Assembly (NCBI GenBank): GCA_027622315.1
Contig: JAQBZW010000002.1
Span: forward strand, 1-54,991
DNA: 54,991 bases
Direction of reading: 5' to 3'
From: Chloroflexota bacterium
GTDB taxonomy: Bacteria; Chloroflexota; Dehalococcoidia; UBA2979
In this document: piece by piece, positions 48,751 to 54,991 of the stretch
Layout: every line of letters starts with the position of its first letter
Numbering within the stretch: the first letter of the stretch is position 1
Program-made: the position numbers and the translations under genes
The notes under the pieces: model-generated
What the model was told of the DNA's origin: nothing
Databases searched by the model: none
Seen by the model: the letters and a program-made list of their open reading frames with translations, nothing else

Positions 48751-49605
48751 TCACCGGACCGTCACCTGGTAGGTGCGATCGAGAAACGGCACGTGGATGA
48801 GGCCGCTCATGTGCATGCCGAACACCATCAGCAGCGCACCGCCGACGCGCGTCATCGTCTCGATGTGCGCCGTCAGCAGGCTGCCGGCGAATCCGGCAGA
48901 AGCGCCCAGCACCGTGAACACGAGCGAGAACCCCACGACGAAGGCGATCGCGTGCAGCAGTACGCGGCGGCGCTCGTCGCCCCGAGCATCGGTGCCGCTC
49001 AACACCGCTTCGCCGGCGATGTTCACCAGATATGCCGGGACGAGCGGCAATACGCACGGCGACAGGAACGAGACCAGGCCACCGAAGAACGCGACGGCGG
49101 GACCGAGCGCGCTGTCGACGCCGCCGCTCAGGCTCTCCTCGGCGTTCGCCGTTCCGCTGAACAGGAAACCGAGGCCGGCGAAGTAGTTGTTCAGTCGCGT
49201 GAACTCGCCGAGGAACATGAGTGCACCCACGACAATGAAGACCGCGCCGCTCACGACCATCAAGCTCTGCATGTGCGGCTGCAGCACGCGCAGTCGCGGG
49301 CCGAGCCAGCCGAAGAACGCGCCGAACGCGATGAACCACACGCCCAGCCCGAGCGAGTACGCGAGCAGGAGCAGGCCACCCTGCGCGGCCGTGCCCGACG
49401 TCGCGGCCAGCGTCAGCACCACGCCGAGGATGGGACCAATGCACGGCGACCAGGCGACCGAGAACGCCGAGCCGATCAGGAACGAGCGCGGATAGCCGGC
49501 ACGGGCGAGGGCGCGCACGCCCGTGTGCCGCGGCGGGCTCGGGGGGGCGAGCGGTACGACCGGAGGTGGCGTGGCGCCGCTCATGACGACTCCCGTCTGC
49601 ACCAT
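48751..49605 (-). CDS. ccdA: Cytochrome c biogenesis / thiol:disulfide interchange membrane protein, CcdA/DsbD family
   Basis: It has six TM segments and the two conserved Cys motifs (AWSPCIGPILG and FLSPCVLPLVPAY). The start may be the internal ATG at 49584. Confidence 0.85.
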   Translation of the reverse strand: MVQTGVVMSGATPPPVVPLAPPSPPRHTGVRALARAGYPRSFLIGSAFSVAWSPCIGPILGVVLTLAATSGTAAQGGLLLLAYSLGLGVWFIAFGAFFGWLGPRLRVLQPHMQSLMVVSGAVFIVVGALMFLGEFTRLNNYFAGLGFLFSGTANAEESLSGGVDSALGPAVAFFGGLVSFLSPCVLPLVPAYLVNIAGEAVLSGTDARGDERRRVLLHAIAFVVGFSLVFTVLGASAGFAGSLLTAHIETMTRVGGALLMVFGMHMSGLIHVPFLDRTYQVTVR

Positions 49606-49661
49606 TCATTGTCCGGGAGACGGGGGCGGTGTCTGTGACGAAGCTGACGTAGCCGCCGACG

Positions 49662-49865
49662 CTAGTCGCCGATGCCAAGCAGGCGCAGGCGCGCCTCGTC
49701 ATACTTCTCTTTGGCCCGCGCCTCGCGGTTGAGCAGACCCTTGATCTCGTCGGGCCGGCGGCCATCGCGCTCGCCGTCCAGCAGGAGGCGATGGATGGCT
49801 GTGAGCTTGCCCTGCCAGTCCGCGAGCGCCTCGCGATATGCCGTCTTGTCCTCGTCGGTCGCCAT
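49662..49865 (-). CDS. Small hypothetical protein (67 aa, predicted helical)
   Basis: MATDEDKTAYREALADWQGKLTAIHRLLLDGERDGRRPDEIKGLLNREARAKEKYDEARLRLLGIGD. It is charged and Lys-containing, which is atypical for spurious frames in this DNA. Confidence 0.55.
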   Translation of the reverse strand: MATDEDKTAYREALADWQGKLTAIHRLLLDGERDGRRPDEIKGLLNREARAKEKYDEARLRLLGIGD

Positions 49866-49958
49866 GTGGCCGAGTGTAGTAGACGGCTACGCTGACGAGC
49901 ACACATCGATCACCGCGCGCGGGCCCGACCGCGACGCGGCGAACACGACGGGAATCAC

Positions 49959-51296
49959 ATGGACGGCGGCGACACGGCACTCCGCATCGCGCTGATCGGC
50001 GTGCTGGTGCTCGTGAACGCGGCGTTCGCGGGCTCTGAGCTCGCGCTGCTCTCGCTCACCGAGAGCCAGATCCGCCGCCTGCGGGAGCGCGGCGGACGAG
50101 GGCGTGTGGTCGCGCGACTGGTCGACGACCCGAACAGCTACCTCGCGACGGTGCAGATCGGCATCACGCTCACCGGTTTCCTCGCCTCCGCCACGGCGGC
50201 ACTCACGCTCGCCGGCACGCTCGAGCCGGTGCTCGAGCCGGCGTTCGGCGGCGCGGCGAACGCGGTCGCCGTCGTGGGCGTCACGCTCGTGCTCACCTTC
50301 GTCACGCTCGTGTTCGGCGAGCTTGCGCCGAAGCGGCTCGCCATGCAGTGGGCCGAACCGTGGTCATTGATCGCCGGCGGACCGCTCGCGCTGCTCGGCA
50401 GCGCGACGCGACCAGCGGTGTGGCTGCTCGGCGTCTCCACGAACGCGATCGTGCGCGTGCTCGGAGGCGAAGCGGAGCATCGTCGCGCCGAGATGACGCC
50501 CGAGGAGATTCGGCACCTCGTCATCGGCCAGGCGTCGATGTCCGCCATTCAGAAGGAGATCATCACCGGCGCGGTGGAGGCCGGCGAGCGCCCTCTGCGT
50601 GAGGTGCTGATCCCCCGCAACGCGGTGCTCATGCTGGACCGCGAGATGACGTGCGCGGATGCGATCGCGAAGCTCGTCACGGCGACACACCACCGGGCGC
50701 CCGTGATCCACGGCGATCTCGATCACGCGCTCGGCGTCGTCTCGCTGATCGAGCTGCTCGGCCAGAACGCCCAGTCGGCGATCGCCGCGCTCACGCAGCC
50801 GGCGCTTGTCCTGCCCGAGACGGTGCGCGTGCTCGAGGCGCTGCGGCGCATGCAGGCGGAACACCGCGAAATGGCGCTCGTCTCCGACGAGCACGGCGGC
50901 ATCGCCGGGATCGTCACGGTCGAGGATCTCGTCGAAGAGTTGGTCGGCGAAATCTTCGATGAGTTCGACCGTGACGTGCTTGCGGCCGATCGCCGCGGCG
51001 AGGACGAACTGGAGGTCGTCGGCCGCTACCCCGTGCACGACCTCGTCGACCTGGGCATCGAGCTGCCCGAGGGGCACGGCGAGTACGCCACGGTCGGGGG
51101 GCTGATCATGAGCGAGCTCGGGCGTATCGCCCGTGTAGGCGACGCGGTGGAGGTCGCCGGCTGGCGCATCAGCGTGCTCGACGCGCGGGCGGCCGTGATC
51201 CGGCGCGTGCGGCTCGAGCGCATTCGTGGCGGCGAGGCCGACCCGCCACGCGCTGATGACCAGGAGGACGCGGAGGCGGCCGGCCAGCGCGCCTGA
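49959..51296 (+). CDS. CNNM/HlyC/CorC family transporter (DUF21 + CBS pair + CorC_HlyC)
   Basis: It has a DUF21 TM region (VLVNAAFAGSELALLSL, FGELAPKRLA), a CBS pair and a C-terminal transporter-associated domain. 445 aa. Confidence 0.88.
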   Translation: MDGGDTALRIALIGVLVLVNAAFAGSELALLSLTESQIRRLRERGGRGRVVARLVDDPNSYLATVQIGITLTGFLASATAALTLAGTLEPVLEPAFGGAANAVAVVGVTLVLTFVTLVFGELAPKRLAMQWAEPWSLIAGGPLALLGSATRPAVWLLGVSTNAIVRVLGGEAEHRRAEMTPEEIRHLVIGQASMSAIQKEIITGAVEAGERPLREVLIPRNAVLMLDREMTCADAIAKLVTATHHRAPVIHGDLDHALGVVSLIELLGQNAQSAIAALTQPALVLPETVRVLEALRRMQAEHREMALVSDEHGGIAGIVTVEDLVEELVGEIFDEFDRDVLAADRRGEDELEVVGRYPVHDLVDLGIELPEGHGEYATVGGLIMSELGRIARVGDAVEVAGWRISVLDARAAVIRRVRLERIRGGEADPPRADDQEDAEAAGQRA

Positions 51297-51342
51297 GCCA
51301 CTGACCCCCCGGTGAGCGCGGTCCGCGAGCGCATCCGGTGCC

Positions 51343-51348
51343 TATACT
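51343..51348 (+). promoter_or_regulatory. Candidate -10 box (TATACT) 7 nt upstream of the MFS start, suggesting a leaderless mRNA
   Basis: TATACT (51343-51348) is followed by cccggcg and the ATG at 51356. There is no SD and no convincing -35. Confidence 0.35.
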
Positions 51349-51355
51349 CCCGGCG

Positions 51356-52648
51356 ATGACCACGGTGAGCGCATCAGTGATCCGACGCTTCCCGGCGTTC
51401 GCGTCCCCGGACTTCCGTCGCCTGTTCTTCAACGCCTTCTTCACCTCGGCCGCGCGCTGGGCGCTGATGCTCGCGCGCGGGTGGCTGGTCTTCGAGCTCA
51501 CCGAATCCTCGTTCGCCGTCGGCGTCGTCACCTTTGCCTCGATGGTGCAGTTCATCGTCGTCGGACCGATCGCCGGCGCGGTCGCCGACCGGCTCGATCG
51601 GCGGCAGATCGCGCTCGCCGGCGGGGTGCTGCTCTTCCTTTCTTCGGCGGCGCTCGCCGCGCTCACGCTCGGCGGGGTGGCGGAGGTGTGGCACGTGGTC
51701 GTGCTCGCTGCCGTGGACGGCATCGCGGTCGCGAGCTCGCAGCCGGCGATCCAGTCCCTCGTCCCGAACGTCGTGCCGCGCGAGCACCTGCTGAACGCCG
51801 TTTCGCTGAGCGGCATCACCCGCCACGGCTCGCGCCTGATCGGTCCGCTCTTCGGCGGCGTGCTGCTGGCGACGCTCGGCGCGGGATCGGTCTTCCTGCT
51901 CTCCGCCATCGGTCTGGTCTTCGCGACGGCGATGCTCTGGCGTGTCGAGTTGCGGCTGGCGCCAAACGCGGACCGCGGCCCGGTCGCTCGCAACGTGCTC
52001 GCGGACGTGGCCGCCGGCTTCGGGCACGTGCGCCACGACGGCCGCATCGCCGTCGTGCTCCTGTGCGTCGCCTTCCACTGCGGATTCACCATGGCGTTCG
52101 ACTCGCTGCTGCCGCAGCTGGCGACGAACGTGGGCGGCGGCAGCCGCACCTTCAGCGCGATCGTGATGGGGGTCGGCGCCGGCGCGATCGTGGGCACGAT
52201 CTCGCTGTCGATGGTCCGCCAGCAGGTCGTCCAGGGGTACGCCCTGGCGCTCACGGGCATCGGCAGCGGGATTGCGATGGTGGTCCTGGGCTTCGCCGCG
52301 ACGCCCGTGGCCGCCGTCGTCGGCGCGGTGCTCGCGGGCGGCACCCAGGCGACGTACATGGCGGTGTCGCTGACGCTGATCCAGCAGATCGTGCCGGACG
52401 CGCTGCGCGGTCGCGTGATGTCGATCTACATGATGCTCGCGGCCGGGCACATGGCGATGATGAACTTCGGCTTCGGCTGGGCCGCCGACCGCATCGGCGT
52501 GCGACCGCTGATGGTCGTGCCCGGGCTGCTCTGGATCGCGGTGTTCGTGATCGCGGCGCTCTCGTTCACCGAGCTGCGCCACGTGCTGCGGCGCGGCGTG
52601 TTCGTCCCGCGCCTCACGCGCGCGGCCACGCCGGAGGCGGCGTCCTAG
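51356..52648 (+). CDS. MFS transporter (EntS/MFS_3-like)
   Basis: FRRLFFNAFFTSAARWALMLARGWLVFELT, GAVADRLDRR, and 12 predicted TM segments. The track ORF starts at a GTG at 51338. Confidence 0.82.
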   Translation: MTTVSASVIRRFPAFASPDFRRLFFNAFFTSAARWALMLARGWLVFELTESSFAVGVVTFASMVQFIVVGPIAGAVADRLDRRQIALAGGVLLFLSSAALAALTLGGVAEVWHVVVLAAVDGIAVASSQPAIQSLVPNVVPREHLLNAVSLSGITRHGSRLIGPLFGGVLLATLGAGSVFLLSAIGLVFATAMLWRVELRLAPNADRGPVARNVLADVAAGFGHVRHDGRIAVVLLCVAFHCGFTMAFDSLLPQLATNVGGGSRTFSAIVMGVGAGAIVGTISLSMVRQQVVQGYALALTGIGSGIAMVVLGFAATPVAAVVGAVLAGGTQATYMAVSLTLIQQIVPDALRGRVMSIYMMLAAGHMAMMNFGFGWAADRIGVRPLMVVPGLLWIAVFVIAALSFTELRHVLRRGVFVPRLTRAATPEAAS

Positions 52649-52723
52649 AGGCGCGGCCGCCCACGGCACGGCTGGGCGACGGCGCGCGGCACACGCGCGG
52701 GTCGTTCGTTGGCCCTCGGGGAC

Positions 52724-52743
52724 GGAGCGGGGGAGCCCGCTCC
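52724..52743 (+). terminator. Hairpin after the MFS gene
   Basis: ggagcggg (52724-52731), loop ggag, cccgctcc (52736-52743). Confidence 0.4.
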
Positions 52744-52853
52744 CGCCGCGGTGACGAACGTCCCCACCGGTCAGGGGCGCCGGCACCCCACGAGCCGGCA
52801 CCGTTCCGCGAGGATGGGGCGGGCTCACAGGGGCAGCGCGGCGAGGGGTCACG

Positions 52854-53697
52854 ATGCAAGGCCCACGGCCCGAGTACACGTTCCCGGCTCGCTTCATCGT
52901 GCGCTGGTTGTGGTCGTGGGCGCGGAGACGCCGACGCCACCTCGGCGAAGACGGTACCTGGCTCGTCGCACGCCACGCGGCCGCGCCACACGTCATCGCC
53001 GCGGAACGGATTCCCGCGCGCGACGGTTTCATCCTGGTGATGAACCACTATGAGCCCGCCGGGCTGCGGGTGTGGTGGCCGGCGCTGTCCGTCTCCGGCG
53101 CCGTAGGGGCGCGGCGCGGCGAAGCGCCGGCGCTGCGTTGGCTGATCGCCGACCGTTTCTTTCAGACCCGCTGGCACGGCGTGCCCATTCCGGATGGGGT
53201 CATAGCCTGGGCGTTCCGCCAGCTCGCGCGCACGTACGGGCTGATCGTGGTGTCTCGCAGCGACGCCCGTGCACGCGCGATCGCGCTACGACGAGCCGCG
53301 CGCGCTGCGCGACCACGAGGGGCTCCCGCGCCCGCTCGCCGTCACGCCTGAGGGTGCGCTCGCCTCGGGCGGCGTGCTGGCGAGCCCGGTACCGAACGCC
53401 GCAGTCGCGCTGGCGTGGCTGTCGCGTGGCGAGACTCCGTTGCTTCCGGTCGCGGTCTATCGCGACGCATCAACGCAGCTCACGATCAGCGTGGGCGAGC
53501 CGTTCACGCTGCCGTGGCGCGGGCTGCGGGCGACGCGCGCGAGCGGAGACGCGCTCACCCGGCAGGTCATGGGGGCGCTCGCGGCGCTCCTGCCGGCCGA
53601 GCTGCGCGGTCCCTTCGGCGAGGTCCCGGATGGGGCAGCTCACGCGCCCGGAAACGCGGACGCTGGCGATCACGCTATGCAGGGCGACCCCGGGTGA
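52854..53697 (+). pseudogene. Acyltransferase (PlsC/LPLAT superfamily-like) split by a frameshift in a (CG)4 tract
   Basis: Track ORFs 52854-53351 (N-half, ...FILVMNHYEPAGL...) and 53269-53697 (C-half, ...LAVTPEGALASGGVL...) overlap in different frames. Adding one CG to CGCGCGCG (53297-53304) joins them as ...RRAARALRDHEGLPRPLAVTPEG..., giving 281 aa. Confidence 0.6.
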
Positions 53698-54991
53698 GCG
53701 AACGGCTGCCTCGCCGCACGCGGGTGCTGTACGCCGCCGGCAGCGTCTCGGGCAGCGCCGTGTCGCAGGCCTTCACGCTGTGGCTGATCTACTTCTACGC
53801 ACCCCCGGGAGGTGCCGACCTCGCGACGCGCGTGCCGGACATCGCCGGCATCGACGCGCGCATCGTGCTTGGCGTCGTGCTCACCGCGGCGCGACTGATC
53901 GAAGCCGTTGACGACCCCCTGATCGGCTACTGGAGCGATCGCACCCGTTCGCGCTGGGGGCGTCGCGTGCCGTTCATCGTGCTGGGCACGCCGTGGTGGG
54001 TCCTGTGCTTCGTCTTGCTCTTCACGCCACCCGCGGCGACGGGCGCGGGGCTGAACCTCGTCTACCTCTTCGTCGTGCTGCAGGCCTACTTCCTGCTCGC
54101 CAACCTCTCCGGCGCGCCCTTCGAAGCGTTGCTCCCGAACATCGCGCGCCGGCCGGACGATCGCGTGTCGATCGCGACGTGGCAGGTCGTGTTCGGCGTG
54201 ACCGGCGCAGTCGTCGGGCTCTCACTCAGTTCGCTGCTCCGGGCGTTCGTGGGTTTCCAGGCGATGGCCATCAGCGTCGCGGCGATCGCCTTGATCGCAC
54301 GTTATGTCGCGCTCGCGGGCTGCCTGCGCGAAGCGCGCGCGGACCGCGACGCCGCGACGCCGGGGTTCATGCTGGCGCTGCGTACCACCTGGTCGAATCG
54401 CCAGTTCCTCGCCTTCCTGCCGAGCTTCGTGCTCTTCCAGGTCGGCCTGCAGATGCTCACAGCGCTGCTGCCGTTCTTTGTCGACGCGGTGCTGCAGGCA
54501 TCGCGGTTCCTCGGCTTCAGTGGCGAAACCGACTCCGGCATCTTCAGCTTTCTGCTCACCGCGGCAGTGATCGGGGGGATGCTCGCCGGCGTACCGATCT
54601 TTGCGCGCCTGGCGCGCCGCCGTGGCAAAGCGGCTGCCTACCGGATCGCCATGCTGTGGGCGGCGGCGTATTTCCCGCTGATCTTCTTCGCCGGCTTCGT
54701 GCCCGGCGTGCCGCGGCTCGCGCAGGCGTTCGCCGCGATCTTCCTGGCCGGCGTGCCCCCGGCCGGGGTGTTTCTCTTTCCGAACATCATTACCGCCGAC
54801 ATCGTGGACGAGGACGCCGCGCGCACGGGCACGCACCGCGAGGCGATGTACTACGGCGCACAGAACCAGGTCGAGAAGGCGGCGACCGCGCTCAGCCCGC
54901 TGCTCTTCGCGCTCGTGCTGCTCGCCGGCGACAGCGCCGAACACCCGCTCGGCATCCGGCTCGTGGGACCGGTTGCGGGGCTGCTCGTGCT
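53694..54991 (+). CDS. MFS transporter of the GPH (glycoside-pentoside-hexuronide:cation symporter, MelB-like) family. The 3' end is outside the window.
   Basis: It is not in the ORF track because there is no stop in the window. My translation from the GTG at 53694 gives VSERLPRRTRVLYAAGSVSGSAVSQAFTLWLIYFYAPP...RLIEAVDDPLIGYWSDRTRSRWGRRVPFIVLGTPWW..., the GPH signature region. The frame is open to the window end. GTGA overlaps the acyltransferase stop. Confidence 0.8.
   Translation, partial: MSERLPRRTRVLYAAGSVSGSAVSQAFTLWLIYFYAPPGGADLATRVPDIAGIDARIVLGVVLTAARLIEAVDDPLIGYWSDRTRSRWGRRVPFIVLGTPWWVLCFVLLFTPPAATGAGLNLVYLFVVLQAYFLLANLSGAPFEALLPNIARRPDDRVSIATWQVVFGVTGAVVGLSLSSLLRAFVGFQAMAISVAAIALIARYVALAGCLREARADRDAATPGFMLALRTTWSNRQFLAFLPSFVLFQVGLQMLTALLPFFVDAVLQASRFLGFSGETDSGIFSFLLTAAVIGGMLAGVPIFARLARRRGKAAAYRIAMLWAAAYFPLIFFAGFVPGVPRLAQAFAAIFLAGVPPAGVFLFPNIITADIVDEDAARTGTHREAMYYGAQNQVEKAATALSPLLFALVLLAGDSAEHPLGIRLVGPVAGLLV

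Noticed and set aside
47833-49638. 601-aa plus-strand ORF, plus the similar long shadow ORFs 33750-35348 (-), 51374-53032 (-), 51481-53040 (+) and 36686-38008 (+)
   Set aside because: Each lies opposite to, or out of frame with, a motif-supported gene (ltaE/ccdA, the ABC exporter, the MFS transporter, polA). Each translates to Arg/Pro/Ala-rich sequence with no domain signatures.

Overview
This is a very GC-rich (about 70% by eye) bacterial chromosomal segment. It is densely packed with about 50 protein genes and one RNase P RNA. I recognised no rRNA, tRNA, CRISPR array, IS element or prophage.

Gene content from left to right:
- a peptide/opine-type ABC importer fragment: a substrate-binding protein (SBP) with one in-frame TAG, plus two permeases and no ATPase genes in view
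- murE, a PNPOx-fold protein, and rnpB
- modABC, directly preceded by a large-serine-recombinase homologue whose catalytic motifs are gone
- a long co-directional housekeeping block: yceD-rpmF-fabD-fabG-nusB-acpP-tatA/B-tatC-udg-rnj-ftsK
- uvrB
- yebC-ruvC-ruvA, followed by a translationally coupled diguanylate cyclase where ruvB is normally found
- panBC behind a near-consensus promoter
- an S58/DmpA peptidase, an alpha/beta hydrolase lacking its nucleophile serine, and mutM
- a heterodimeric ABC exporter pair preceded by a leader-peptide plus terminator attenuator; the first half-transporter looks damaged
- an epoxide hydrolase, a 29-bp perfect inverted repeat of the REP/MITE kind, and polA
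- a five-gene FtsX-type ABC operon: a 1132-aa double-FtsX permease, two different ATPases (one with an AbrB-like tail), a Dabb protein and a membrane-anchored SNase nuclease
- a lipoprotein, ltaE, ccdA, a CNNM/CorC transporter and an MFS transporter
- an acyltransferase split by a frameshift in a (CG)4 tract, and a 3'-truncated GPH-family transporter

The best candidate for an undescribed system is the asymmetric FtsX/ABC-Dabb-nuclease operon (39.9-46.3 kb). Next come the catalytically dead recombinase homologue upstream of modABC and the ruvC-ruvA-diguanylate cyclase coupling.

All calls come from reading the translations and the DNA by eye. Start codons are approximate. The lineage cannot be named from this window, although the gene content and repeat type fit a Chloroflexota/Thermomicrobia-like or actinobacterial genome.
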